Below, piece after piece: positions 9,876 through 20,119 of a stretch of 46,292 nucleotides of DNA. Made by a program: the position numbers and the translations under genes. The notes beneath the pieces are model-generated. The model was given only the letters and a program-made list of their open reading frames with translations, searched no databases and had not been told where the DNA came from. The first letter of the stretch is position 1. Each line of letters opens with the position of its first letter. The stretch comes from a virus (taxonomy: Duplodnaviria > Caudoviricetes), in the IMG/VR virus record IMGVR_UViG_3300034123_000006, positions 1 through 46,292 of that record. One strand, written 5' to 3'.

Positions 9876-10106
9876 GTGCAGACCATCGGACGTCACTACA
9901 ACGGTCCTCGGTTCAACTACACCGAATTGTGCGACTACTGCGGCGTCCCGCACCATCGAACCGACCTCGTCCTCAACTCGGACCAGCTTCTCTACTGCGA
10001 CGACTGCGCGGCCGAGGCTGAGTCCCTGAAGGACATCAACGACGCCTGCGCGGCAAACGTGGGCTACATCGAGCCCGTTCGCGGGAAGACACGAGAGGGA
10101 CCATAA
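9876..10106 (+). CDS. Small zinc-finger protein
   Basis: GTG start after GGAGGG; CDYC...CDDC motifs. Confidence 0.65.
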   Translation: MQTIGRHYNGPRFNYTELCDYCGVPHHRTDLVLNSDQLLYCDDCAAEAESLKDINDACAANVGYIEPVRGKTREGP

Positions 10107-10810
10107 TGACTGCGCCTACCATTTCGGTTCCCGACTTCCAGCGCGACCAGATTCTCGCCGCGGCCATTCGCCTCACGGGCATCCTGCCGTATGGCAAGCA
10201 GCCGTCGGCCGACATGATCGCCGCTACGGCGATGCACCTCACCCTCACCCTGGATGAGCTTCAGAGCGACAACATCGTTCGCCGCCAGGTCGAGAGAACC
10301 ACCCTTGCGCTCACCACCGCCACCGCAGGCTACGACCTCGGCGCGGATATCATGGACATCGAGATGGGCTCTGGCGACGTGGCCGGAACCATCTACAGCG
10401 CAGCCAATCCCGCCGAGTCCATCGTCACGGTCATCAGCCTTGGCGACTACGGCAAGCTCACCAGCAAATCCACCGCTGGCCGCCCGAGCCGCGTGCTCGT
10501 TGAGCACCTGTCCACCCCGAGATTGACCTTCTGGCCGGTCCCCGATGGCGACATGACCTTCAGGTACGCCAAGGTGCGCTGGCTATTCCAGAGCGGCACC
10601 GGAGCCACCACGCTGGACCTCAAGCGCAACTGGCTCTCCTACATCACCTACGCCGTGGCCGTGGGTGTGTGCATGGACAACAGCCTCTTCGAGAAGGCCC
10701 AGTTCATCAAGGGCATGGCCGACCAGAAGAAGGCGCTGGCTCAGGCTGGCGACGTTGAACGCGGGAACATTCGCTTTCGAGTAGGCCAAAACGGAAGGAA
10801 CTGGCGGTAA
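10106..10810 (+). CDS. Head-tail adaptor / tail tubular protein A-like
   Basis: GRPSRV...LTFWPVPD motif typical of podovirus adaptor proteins; position fits. Confidence 0.6.
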   Translation: MTAPTISVPDFQRDQILAAAIRLTGILPYGKQPSADMIAATAMHLTLTLDELQSDNIVRRQVERTTLALTTATAGYDLGADIMDIEMGSGDVAGTIYSAANPAESIVTVISLGDYGKLTSKSTAGRPSRVLVEHLSTPRLTFWPVPDGDMTFRYAKVRWLFQSGTGATTLDLKRNWLSYITYAVAVGVCMDNSLFEKAQFIKGMADQKKALAQAGDVERGNIRFRVGQNGRNWR

Positions 10811-11556
10811 TGGCATCAGCCCTGCAATTGACCCTACAGGAATGGCTCTACTTCTGTGGGGCACGCGACGAGACGGGCGCTCCAGTCGCCAGTGGCTTTG
10901 CGTACTTCTATGAGCCCGGCAGTACCTCAGTTGCCATCACGGTGTACTCCGACACAGAGGGCACACCGCTGGACCAGCCCGTTCCTCTCGATGCCGCTGG
11001 GCGGGCCGAGGTCTACGCCGCGGATGAGTACGAATGCATCGTCAAGGACTCCACCGGGGCCACAAAGCGAATCGCGGTACGAGCCGGGCAGACCGCGGCG
11101 ACAGCCGTGGACACCGTGTTTAGGTCATCTGATGCCAAGTTGCAGGATGTTCTGGATACCATCGGGGCAGAGCTGGACGCACTGAACGCCGCAGCCGCGA
11201 CCGCAGTCCCTGCGTCTACGGTAAATGTCGTCACGGTGTCCACGGCAACGCCTAGTTTTGCTTTCGACAAGTCCAAGCAGACCAACGTGTTCGTCTTGAC
11301 CTACGCCGGGGCGGTTGGCACAGGGGCAATCACGTGGTCAACCGCACCAGCGACCCTGTATTCCCAGTACAGAATCATCATCCAAACCGGAGGATCAACC
11401 ACGGCAACGGATGTAACCCTACCAGTTGGAATCTATGGAACCTTTCCTGGTGCCATGGCAGCCGGGGCGCACCGCTCGGCGCTGTTCCAGGCGAACGCCA
11501 CTGGTGCCCTCGTGCAAATCACGGCATGGGAAACTGCCTCAGGAGTCTACTGGTAG
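10810..11556 (+). CDS. Tail fibre/spike adaptor with a head-binding-like N-terminal domain
   Basis: G.AYFYEPGST....VYSD..G....PVPLDAAGRAEVY is a common virion-attachment N-terminal domain of tail spikes and fibres. Confidence 0.6.
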   Translation: MASALQLTLQEWLYFCGARDETGAPVASGFAYFYEPGSTSVAITVYSDTEGTPLDQPVPLDAAGRAEVYAADEYECIVKDSTGATKRIAVRAGQTAATAVDTVFRSSDAKLQDVLDTIGAELDALNAAAATAVPASTVNVVTVSTATPSFAFDKSKQTNVFVLTYAGAVGTGAITWSTAPATLYSQYRIIIQTGGSTTATDVTLPVGIYGTFPGAMAAGAHRSALFQANATGALVQITAWETASGVYW

Positions 11557-11560
11557 CAGC

Positions 11561-13123
11561 ATGGCTAAGACCGAACTGGCCGCAATCAGCTTCTCGGGTT
11601 CTGAAGACAAGAGTGCTTCGGAGCTTGGCGGCGCCACCCCTCTTGTCGTGAACGCGATACCGGACGCCACCGGGGCGTTGCGCAGGCGTCCTGGAGTGGT
11701 CCCGTGGCCAGGCTTCGACGACGCCACCGGAGGCGGTTCGTCGCTTGGTGGAGCCATCGTTGGGATGATCCCGTTTGGGGAGTTCCTGGTGTTTGTGACC
11801 GAGAGCAGGGGCATGTTCGCCCTCCGACCAGGAGTGTCCATCGGGGTGCTATCTGACATCTCTACTCCGACAAGCATCCTGGCCGGCACCGCGCGCCCCT
11901 CGCTGCTTTCCGCAAGGACCATGGTGCTCGCAGCCGGTGGGCAGCAGATCCAGAAGTGGACTGGAACCGGGCTGTCGCAAAGGTTGCAGAACCTAGGCGA
12001 CTGGGTCGACCCGGCTCCCGCGTATCCGCCCCCTGATGGCTCGTTCTTGTCTGCCATTGCCCAAAGGCTTGTTGTTCAGGTGCCAGGGGCCTCCGGCCAA
12101 ATCCATTGGTCGGGACCGCTGGAGGCATACGAGAACTGGGACTATGCCCTCGGAGGGGCTGGGTATCTTCAGGCCGCGGCGAAGCCCGACCCGCTGGTTG
12201 CGATGTTCGACAACACCAACGAGGTTTTTGCTTTCGGCAAGGATACGATCCAAGTGTTCGCCCCAGGCGCACTCAGCATCGACCCGCTCGATACGAACAA
12301 CGTCATCGACTTCCAACCGTCGCGCACCCAGAACATCGGCACCATCTCGCCGTACTCCATCGTGGCCGTGGACGACAACTTCGCCCTGCTCGACAGCAAG
12401 CGCAGGTTCATCCTCACTGACGGTCGCACCTACCAGGACATCGGCAAGCCCGTGTCTCAGATTCTGCGCGACCTGGAGTCCATCGAGGACTGTTGGGGCT
12501 TCCGCATGCGCTTCGGTCGATTCGACTGCGTGGTGTGGTTCTTCCCGACCGATGGATTTGGGCTGACCTACGACATGGCCGCTCAGAAGTGGTCGGAGTG
12601 GCGCACGGGTGGCGTGAACGAGGGGCCGCTGCTCATCACGAGCGCCTACGATTGGTCCGAGATGGGCCTGTACTTGGTGGGCACCTCAGAAGGTGTCATC
12701 TGCCAGCTCAATGACGGTGCGGCGTCGGACATCGCCTTCGCGGACAGCATCTTCGGCGTGCCCATCAAGGTCGAGGTAATCAGTGGGTTCATCGATCACG
12801 GCACGATGTCGCAGAAGCACTGCCGAACCCTGCTTCTCAAGTTCAAGAGAACCACGTCCAAGATCGCAAGTATCACGAACCCCGTTTACGTCGGCTACAA
12901 CAGCACCCTCGACATGAGCGGCCACGTGCGCCTGTGGATGCGCGACGACCAGGGGCCTTGGCAGCACGTGCAGGACATCGAGCTTTCCGAAGATCCGAAC
13001 CCTTGCGAGCAGATTCGCAGCCTTGGGGTTTACCGAACGAGGCAATGGAGAGTAGAATACACGGGAGCCGACGAGATTCAGCTTGTGGGCGCCCAAGAGG
13101 AATACGAAGTTCTAGGAGCGTGA
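11561..13123 (+). CDS. Tail hub / packaged-DNA stabilisation protein (P22 gp10-like)
   Basis: LRRRPG near the N-terminus, AAAKPDPLVA, FAFGKDTIQVF, LTYD..QKWSE and C-terminal RSLG.YR.R motifs. Confidence 0.75.
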   Translation: MAKTELAAISFSGSEDKSASELGGATPLVVNAIPDATGALRRRPGVVPWPGFDDATGGGSSLGGAIVGMIPFGEFLVFVTESRGMFALRPGVSIGVLSDISTPTSILAGTARPSLLSARTMVLAAGGQQIQKWTGTGLSQRLQNLGDWVDPAPAYPPPDGSFLSAIAQRLVVQVPGASGQIHWSGPLEAYENWDYALGGAGYLQAAAKPDPLVAMFDNTNEVFAFGKDTIQVFAPGALSIDPLDTNNVIDFQPSRTQNIGTISPYSIVAVDDNFALLDSKRRFILTDGRTYQDIGKPVSQILRDLESIEDCWGFRMRFGRFDCVVWFFPTDGFGLTYDMAAQKWSEWRTGGVNEGPLLITSAYDWSEMGLYLVGTSEGVICQLNDGAASDIAFADSIFGVPIKVEVISGFIDHGTMSQKHCRTLLLKFKRTTSKIASITNPVYVGYNSTLDMSGHVRLWMRDDQGPWQHVQDIELSEDPNPCEQIRSLGVYRTRQWRVEYTGADEIQLVGAQEEYEVLGA

Positions 13124-13127
13124 CGAC

Positions 13128-13511
13128 ATGGCATCAGGAAGCGACTACTACAGCGGTTCAGCTCTCGCGGGTGCTGGCGGTGGCGCGGCAAGCGGTGCAA
13201 TGATCGGGAGCGCCGCTGGCCCCTACGGAGCGGCAATCGGCGGGCTCATCGGCGGTGGGATCGGCCTGTTCAGCGGAGCCTCGGCCAACTCCCAGCGCAA
13301 CGACGCTGTGAACAACCAGTCCAAGAGCATCGATCAAGTCATGAAGAACATGCAGAAGCTCTCGGCCCAGAACTACAGCAACTACCTGGCGGGGCTCAAG
13401 AAGGCCCAGGCGTTCTATGGCCCGGCGATGGAATCGTGGAACCACTTCTACGGCCCAGGCACGGCCACGGGCAATTTCCAGGTTCCCGCCCAGGAAACGG
13501 CGGGGAAGTAG
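13128..13511 (+). CDS. DNA ejection (pilot) protein, gp7-like
   Basis: Glycine-zipper N-terminus (GAAIGGLIGGGIGLFSG) followed by a Q/N-rich helix. Confidence 0.6.
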   Translation: MASGSDYYSGSALAGAGGGAASGAMIGSAAGPYGAAIGGLIGGGIGLFSGASANSQRNDAVNNQSKSIDQVMKNMQKLSAQNYSNYLAGLKKAQAFYGPAMESWNHFYGPGTATGNFQVPAQETAGK

Positions 13512-13512
13512 C

Positions 13513-14985
13513 ATGGGCGTCCAATCCACACTGCTCGACCCGACCACCGGGAAGCCCTACACGACTGGAGCGGCCACCGAGGGGAAGACCGGAACAGCCC
13601 ACTTCGGGCAGACCAAGACGGCGCTGTCTGGGGCGAACGATGGGCAGATCGACTGGACGAAGACCGGATGGAACATTGGCGCAAACGGGGAAACCCACGG
13701 CTCGGAGTATTTCACGCCGCCGACTGGGTCCTATGGATTCCAGGTAGGAGAAAACGCAGGATGGCTTGACGCCACCACCGGGCAGATCAACTACGGAACG
13801 AAGCAAGGACTGACAGGTGTGCCCACGGACCTCGCTTCGATTAATTCCACCGTGAACTACGGGATAACTCCCACGGGGCAGTACCAGTACGACGTAGGAT
13901 CGGACTACGGGCTTGGCTCAACCGCTCTCGGTATCATCCCGATGCAGCACGATGCCACCGGACAGGTGAGCCAGTACGTGACCGCTACCGCTGGCGGCGG
14001 GTACGGATCGTTCACCACCCTCGCAGAGGCGCAGGCTGCCAGAGATGAATACCTCACCTGGCGGCCCACCACCAAGGCGGGGCAGGCCGAGCTTGCGGGG
14101 ACCACGACAATTCCGGCTGCAAACGCCCCAGCTACCGACTCGAAGCCAGGCGAACTCTACAACCCAGGTGTCGGCGAAAACTACTACGACTCGACCAAGG
14201 GCTTCTACACGCAGCCCACGGAAGCCTCGAAGCAGTGGGACGCCACCAAGGGACAGCCCACGGCGGCCGACCAGAACTGGAACGGGCTATCTGGCCAGTT
14301 CAATGCCCCCTCGGACCAAGAGAGCCTGTGGGGCAACTACAGGGACACCTTCGCCGATCCGAACGCCCTCGCCGGCATCTACGACCGCGAGCAGCAGCGC
14401 ACCCAGGTGGCGCTCGACCGGCGCGCGTCCTCTGCGGGCGTCGGCGACAGCAGCGCCGCGGCCAGGGCCACGTCAAACATCGGCCAGGACTTCGCCGACA
14501 GGCGCCTGAAGGCCACGGAGGGATGGGCGACCACGGGCATGGGGCTCGCGGGGGCATCGGATGCTGGTCGCACGGGAAGGGCAAACACCCTCGCCGGGCT
14601 GGCCGGGAACAAGGACACCGCGGACATCAACCGCATCGGTGCCGCCAACACGGTGGACGCGGGCAACCTTGCGCAAGTCTCGGGTGGGCAGGTTTCGGCG
14701 AACTCGGCCGAGCAGCTTGCCATCAACCGGGCGAACGGCGCCACCAGCGGCGCTCTCTCCATCGGGAATGACATCGGGACGCTCACCGCTGCGGGATACA
14801 GCCAGGCCAACGCGACGACATTATCTGGACAAATGGACGCCCTGGCGCTGCAAGTGGCAAACGGCACACTCGACTACAATTCCGCCTTACAGCAGGCCAA
14901 GGAACAGGCGGCAGTCCTAGGGGTTGTCAGCGACTCGGTGTTGACCGCCATGCTCTACAGCAAGATGACAGCGGGGAAGAAATGA
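13513..14985 (+). CDS. Putative DNA ejection protein
   Basis: G/A/T/Q-rich; the RRASSAGVGDSSAAARA motif is typical of pilot/transfer proteins. Confidence 0.55.
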   Translation: MGVQSTLLDPTTGKPYTTGAATEGKTGTAHFGQTKTALSGANDGQIDWTKTGWNIGANGETHGSEYFTPPTGSYGFQVGENAGWLDATTGQINYGTKQGLTGVPTDLASINSTVNYGITPTGQYQYDVGSDYGLGSTALGIIPMQHDATGQVSQYVTATAGGGYGSFTTLAEAQAARDEYLTWRPTTKAGQAELAGTTTIPAANAPATDSKPGELYNPGVGENYYDSTKGFYTQPTEASKQWDATKGQPTAADQNWNGLSGQFNAPSDQESLWGNYRDTFADPNALAGIYDREQQRTQVALDRRASSAGVGDSSAAARATSNIGQDFADRRLKATEGWATTGMGLAGASDAGRTGRANTLAGLAGNKDTADINRIGAANTVDAGNLAQVSGGQVSANSAEQLAINRANGATSGALSIGNDIGTLTAAGYSQANATTLSGQMDALALQVANGTLDYNSALQQAKEQAAVLGVVSDSVLTAMLYSKMTAGKK

Positions 14986-17411
14986 ACGGCTACAACCAGC
15001 CCAGGTTCGGCTCCATGCAGCCCGAGACGGATGTTCCGTCGTTCCTGCCACAGATGGCTTCCATCCCGGAGATGCTTGGGAAGTTCGCAGAGCGCCGCAT
15101 GCAGCTCATGAGGGTAGAGCAGGCGCAGCAGGCCGAGGACCGCAGGATGGCCCACCAGGAGCAGACGGACGCCTACTACAAGACCAGGCTGGAGCAGGGC
15201 GACCGCAAGCAGCAATCTCAAGAGCGGTTCCAGAATGCCACGCTCACCCAGAAGGAAATCGACCGCGCAAACAAGGCGTTCCAAGAGGGGAAAGACCCAG
15301 GCATAGGCGTCGTTCCTGGGCTGGATGGCGAGCCCTTCTACGTCGAATACAAGTTCAAGCCTGGCCGCAAGAAACAGGCCCCTGCGATTGCGCCGCCAAC
15401 TTCACCCGCCGAACAAGTGCAGCCCGAGGCAGCGCCGCCGCTCCCTGCCGAGCCCGAGCCGCAGGCCCAGCCCGTCCCGACCATGATGGGCAAGCCCCTG
15501 TCCATCCCGCAGCTTCGAGCGCCTGGTATGGGCGGCGGGCCTCTGCCTCCGACGCCAGCGCCGCAACCTCAAGCCCCTGGCCCTGTCACAGGGGCGCGAC
15601 CTGAAATCGCGCAGGCATCTGGGAATGGCCAGGGCACTCCTACCGACCCGGAACTCGACGCGCTCATGTCACGGGCGACGCAGCCGCAAGAACCGCAGGC
15701 TTCCGACAACACCATCTTTCTCGACGAGAACGACGAGGGGACCACGCGCGCCCTGCTCCCACCCGGAGACACCGGTCGCGCCGAGCTGCCGATGCGAGCC
15801 TACCCAGAAGGCGCCAAGGTCGGAGATCGCTTCGCCGCCGAGGACGTGAATCTCAAGGGAGGGTACGGCAATCCCTTCGCTGGCCCAGTGGCGCCAGCCC
15901 AAGTGCGCCGACCGCCCGAGGGCGGGACCGTCTTCTTCGACGAGAACAACGACGGAGACGTTCGCGCACTGTCCGGCCCAGACGACGGAACCTCGCAAAC
16001 GCTTCCCATCAATGCGTTCCCGCCAGGAGCCAAGGAAGGCGACAGGTTCAACGCCGAGGATGTGAACCTTCGAGGCGGCAAGGGGAACCCGTTCGCCGGG
16101 CCAACGAAGCCCATCGAGATGCCTCAGCCGCAGCGCGTAGGTGGCGGAAATGCCACTAACAATTTGTTAGGCGCAAGTGAGCCAGCGTCAACGTCGCGTT
16201 TCGTGCCTGGCCGCCAGATTCAAGGCGCCAGCGCTGCCATGCCCCAGGGCCAGGACGAGGACGAAGATGGCGTCTGGGAGGCCACGTTTCCTGGCAGCAG
16301 GGTTGTCACGTTCAACCCGAGGCAGGCTCGCCAGGCTCGCGATGAAGAGGCGAGGGCCGAGGCCATGCAAATAAAGCGGGCGCTTGTCACCATGGGCGAC
16401 ACGCCCGAGGAGCAGGTCGCCAAAAACCGGCTGCTGACTCGGCAGGTGCTGGTTGTTTCTGGAATGTCACTAAGGGCTCAAGCTGATATGCAGCGGTCCA
16501 TCGACGCAGCAACTCGCCAAGTCAAGCAGATCGATAGTACCGAAAAACTGGCTGGAAACAAGATTGCCAGCACCGAGGGCATGCACGCGGCCACTCTCGC
16601 CTCCAGGGATAAGCTGGCGGCCGAGGCGAACGCCACCCGAAGGGCCACCTCGAAGTACGGCCGAGGCGGCGGATCGGGGAAGACTCCAGCGCAGTCATCG
16701 GGGCAGGGTTCTGCTTTCGCGGCGCTGAAGCCGGTCGAGCAATCCCGCATCGAGAACGCGGCCAACAACGGCGTCAAGATGCTGGACAGCCAGATGAACT
16801 GGACGAAGCTGGAAGGAGCTGGCTTCGACCGCCTCAACCTCGCCCTGCGGAACATCCAGGCCAAGGGCGACCTCGGCGGTGCCCAGCAGATGGAAGCCAT
16901 GATGAACTTCTTCGGCTACATCCGCGGCGGCGTACCGGCGAAGAACGAAACCGACGAGTTCAAGTCCATCACCCGCACCCTCGGGACCACCCTCGACAGC
17001 TTGGGCCAGAAGGTCGGCATCAAAGACCTGTGGACTAACTTCACAGGTTCCGACAAGGACAAGGCGGCCATCGCTAAGATTGCCCAGCTCCCCGAAGGGC
17101 AGCGCGCCGGACTTGAGCAGGCCATCGTCGAGTCCCAGAAGGCCATCCAGGGCATGGCACTGAAGAACATCTCTGCGCAAATCGAAGGCTACAAGAGCGC
17201 AGGCAAGCCGTTCCATGAGCGCATCCAAGACAAGATCAACGCCAAGCTGCGCTTCATCGGAGAAAAGCCGCGGCAGTGGTTCTCCGACTCTCCACTCATC
17301 CCGGACTTCGACCCGCAGGCCGGAGGGTCATCGGCGCCGACTGGTCAGCCCGCCCCCACAGAGCAAGCTGGCGGCAAGAAACCTTCACTGCGAGAACTCC
17401 TCGGTGATTAG
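14982..17411 (+). CDS. Putative large ejection/internal virion protein with a tandem internal domain
   Basis: 809 aa with Pro-rich linkers, two roughly 58-aa repeats and a helical C-terminus; ATGA-coupled. Confidence 0.6.
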   Translation: MNGYNQPRFGSMQPETDVPSFLPQMASIPEMLGKFAERRMQLMRVEQAQQAEDRRMAHQEQTDAYYKTRLEQGDRKQQSQERFQNATLTQKEIDRANKAFQEGKDPGIGVVPGLDGEPFYVEYKFKPGRKKQAPAIAPPTSPAEQVQPEAAPPLPAEPEPQAQPVPTMMGKPLSIPQLRAPGMGGGPLPPTPAPQPQAPGPVTGARPEIAQASGNGQGTPTDPELDALMSRATQPQEPQASDNTIFLDENDEGTTRALLPPGDTGRAELPMRAYPEGAKVGDRFAAEDVNLKGGYGNPFAGPVAPAQVRRPPEGGTVFFDENNDGDVRALSGPDDGTSQTLPINAFPPGAKEGDRFNAEDVNLRGGKGNPFAGPTKPIEMPQPQRVGGGNATNNLLGASEPASTSRFVPGRQIQGASAAMPQGQDEDEDGVWEATFPGSRVVTFNPRQARQARDEEARAEAMQIKRALVTMGDTPEEQVAKNRLLTRQVLVVSGMSLRAQADMQRSIDAATRQVKQIDSTEKLAGNKIASTEGMHAATLASRDKLAAEANATRRATSKYGRGGGSGKTPAQSSGQGSAFAALKPVEQSRIENAANNGVKMLDSQMNWTKLEGAGFDRLNLALRNIQAKGDLGGAQQMEAMMNFFGYIRGGVPAKNETDEFKSITRTLGTTLDSLGQKVGIKDLWTNFTGSDKDKAAIAKIAQLPEGQRAGLEQAIVESQKAIQGMALKNISAQIEGYKSAGKPFHERIQDKINAKLRFIGEKPRQWFSDSPLIPDFDPQAGGSSAPTGQPAPTEQAGGKKPSLRELLGD
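16156..16170. promoter_or_regulatory. 15-bp palindrome CTAACAATTTGTTAG, copy 1 (intragenic)
   Basis: Identical to 31121-31135 and the reverse complement of 40816-40830. Confidence 0.7.
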
Positions 17412-17413
17412 CC

Positions 17414-19702
17414 ATGGATGACGCTCAGTTCGTAGAGAAGTTGAAGGCGAAGGGGCTGGACAAGCTCCAGAAGGCTTCCGAGCTTGCCGACCAGAGCGAC
17501 CCCGATATGCCCTTCGTGCTGGAGGCCATCAAGCAACTAAAAGCTCCACCGGCCCCGCAGAAGACCTTCGACCCGACCACCCGCCAACAGCGCATCGACG
17601 CCGGCAACCTGCCCCTCCCTCGCCACGGACTCGTCCAGGGCGCCGAGGACACTGTGAAGGGCCTTGCTGGTGGCGTCTACTCGGGCGTGCCAGGGCTAGC
17701 CCCCACCCTAGAGGCCGTGGGCGAATTGTCCGATACGCTGGTGCCTGGCCAAGACCCGCGCTTCAACATCATGCCGCGTCCTGGGCAGATCCATCGGGCG
17801 ATGGCAGAGTCTCCACAGGGCTTCGAGGCGTCGTCCGCACTCGGAGCGTCTGTGCCGCTTGCGGGGAGCGCCGGTTTGCTCGGGCAGGCTGTGCAGCGCG
17901 GATCGAACGCCGCCCTCGCGCCCGCGGCGCGCGTGTATCAGAACCTCGCTGGGCAACGGGCGCCTGGCCTCATTCGGACGGTCGGGGCTGGGGCCGGCAC
18001 GGGTGCTGCCATCGGCGCCGTCGAGGCCGGCATTCGCCGCGTTCCCGCCGTGGCTGGGGCCGAAGTGGCCCCCCTGGGGCTCAGCGAGGTGGGCAACGAG
18101 ATCGTTCTCCCAGCGTTCATGAGCGGGGTGTCCAGCGGCCTTCCTGGGGCCGTCTCCTGGGCTACGAACCCTCGCACCCAAACAGGCGGGACGGCAAACA
18201 CCTTCGCCCGCGACAAGGCGTCAGGTGCCCACCAGCAAGAGCCACTGGCTGGCCTCATGGAAGGGCAGGCCGGCATCAAGCAGGCCGCCGAAATGGCCGA
18301 CAAGTCCTACGCTGACCAGTTCCCTCCCCTCAAGCGGCCGGTGGAAGCGGCGGCGCGCCGTCGGGTTGGAGAGCTTGAACGCGGCCTGGAAGGGCTCAAG
18401 GGCGATGCCAAGCGGGCACGTGGGGCAGCCGGCGCCGCGGTGGAGCCTGAAATTCAGTCAGGAATCCAGCGTCAGCGAGCCGCCGCGATGGACGAATTCC
18501 ACGGCATGCTCAACCAGCTTGAGAACGAAGGCGTCAAGCTGCCCAAGGCCGGCCTCAAGGAGGCGCTTCGAGAGATCGTCGCCAGCCAGGCGTCCAGTGA
18601 CACGGCGAATACGAAGACGAGAGTGGAGCGCAAGACCGGCCTGCTCGATGCAAGCGGGAACCCTGTGTCTTCCGTGAAAGAGGGCGCCCCTGGCTCGGGC
18701 GAAGTCCACACGCCGTATGGCGAGACTCTGGCCAAGATTGAAGCCCTTGCCGACAGATACCTCCCCGAGCAGGCCACCGTCGGAGACTATCGAAACTTCC
18801 TGAAGTACACCAAGGCGATGGCCGACTCGGGGACCGCCGAGAAGTCCTTCCCATTCAAGGAGATCGTCGGTGCCGTCCGCGAGCAGATGGGCCGTGCCGA
18901 GCCCAGGCTGGCCGAGGCCAACCAGAAGTACGCTTCCACGCTGGCTCCCCTGGAGCGCATCAAGGACACCGTCTACGGCGATCCCGACCTGCACGACCTG
19001 GGCACCAGGACTTCGCCGGGTGAATTCGATGTGCCCGAGGCCGGCGCGCCGCTGGTCAACCAGCAGATGACGCCCACGCAGCAGCGGCGCGGGGCCACCA
19101 GCTTGGTGGAACTCTTCGACAAGAGTGTGGTTGGCGGCGCCAGGAGCAAGATGCTCAAGGAGATGGAGGACGCTGGTTTCGGCCCCAAGCTGCGCGACCT
19201 GCAAGGGCAACTCGATGGCATCGAACAGATGTCCTACGAAACCAAGCAGAAGCACGACGATGCCGTGGCCAGGGTGAAGGGTGAGGTGGAAGACCAGCTT
19301 CGGGAAATCAGCCGCGATCTTCTCCCTCAGACGGACGCCATCCTCGAAAGCAAGGTGGCCCAGGAAGCATCGCAGTTACGATTCGGGAAGCTCGTGCGCC
19401 CCATCACCGAGGCGGCCCTTGGAGCGGCCAGCCACTCCCCGGCCTACGCTGGAGCGCGAGGCGCCGATGCTGCGACCAAGATTGGCAGCCGCATCGGCCA
19501 GCCCGTGGCCTCGGCCATCGCCTCGCGCGCACCGGACGCGGAGGCCATGCGCTCATCCATCCCAGGCATGACGGGCGTGTCCACCAGCATCCCCAACAAC
19601 ACCAGTTTTGAGCGCGAGGCAGCCAAGGCCCGCAAGCGCATCGCCAGTACGAGCCAAGAACTCATTGACGCCGCCCGCGGGCACTCGGCACAATCCAGAT
19701 AG
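17414..19702 (+). CDS. Putative large ejection/internal virion protein
   Basis: 762 aa with A/G-rich hydrophobic segments and coiled coils; last gene of the ejection cluster. Confidence 0.55.
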   Translation: MDDAQFVEKLKAKGLDKLQKASELADQSDPDMPFVLEAIKQLKAPPAPQKTFDPTTRQQRIDAGNLPLPRHGLVQGAEDTVKGLAGGVYSGVPGLAPTLEAVGELSDTLVPGQDPRFNIMPRPGQIHRAMAESPQGFEASSALGASVPLAGSAGLLGQAVQRGSNAALAPAARVYQNLAGQRAPGLIRTVGAGAGTGAAIGAVEAGIRRVPAVAGAEVAPLGLSEVGNEIVLPAFMSGVSSGLPGAVSWATNPRTQTGGTANTFARDKASGAHQQEPLAGLMEGQAGIKQAAEMADKSYADQFPPLKRPVEAAARRRVGELERGLEGLKGDAKRARGAAGAAVEPEIQSGIQRQRAAAMDEFHGMLNQLENEGVKLPKAGLKEALREIVASQASSDTANTKTRVERKTGLLDASGNPVSSVKEGAPGSGEVHTPYGETLAKIEALADRYLPEQATVGDYRNFLKYTKAMADSGTAEKSFPFKEIVGAVREQMGRAEPRLAEANQKYASTLAPLERIKDTVYGDPDLHDLGTRTSPGEFDVPEAGAPLVNQQMTPTQQRRGATSLVELFDKSVVGGARSKMLKEMEDAGFGPKLRDLQGQLDGIEQMSYETKQKHDDAVARVKGEVEDQLREISRDLLPQTDAILESKVAQEASQLRFGKLVRPITEAALGAASHSPAYAGARGADAATKIGSRIGQPVASAIASRAPDAEAMRSSIPGMTGVSTSIPNNTSFEREAAKARKRIASTSQELIDAARGHSAQSR

Positions 19703-19710
19703 GAGACACC

Positions 19711-20118
19711 ATGCACCAAGATATTCGCATCGGAGCACCGCCAGCGCCTGGGAACGACGCCACCGTCGTCCTCGTGGACACCACGGCCCTGTTCGGCAAG
19801 ATGGGCCTGCGCATGAACGGCATCCACCGGATCACGCTGTCCTTCCCCGGCCTCGACCAGGCCAGCGCGGCAGACGGGCTCAAGGGCTACACCAGCCCGA
19901 ACCACGGCGGAAACTGGTACGTGGACACCTTCGCTACCGCGTCCACTCCGGGCCTTCCCCAGACCGTGGCAGCCCAGACGGCTACTGCGACGGCCTCGTT
20001 CGACATCGACGTGACTCCGTTCGACGACGTGAAGATCACCTTCACCGCGGGCGCTACCGGGCCGACCGTGTGGACGCCGGTCATCGTTCTGGAAATCAAG
20101 CGCGTGTCGGGGGTGTAG
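19711..20118 (+). CDS. Hypothetical virion protein (beta-sandwich-like)
   Basis: 135 aa, T-rich, AGGAG RBS. Confidence 0.6.
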   Translation: MHQDIRIGAPPAPGNDATVVLVDTTALFGKMGLRMNGIHRITLSFPGLDQASAADGLKGYTSPNHGGNWYVDTFATASTPGLPQTVAAQTATATASFDIDVTPFDDVKITFTAGATGPTVWTPVIVLEIKRVSGV

Positions 20119-20119
20119 C

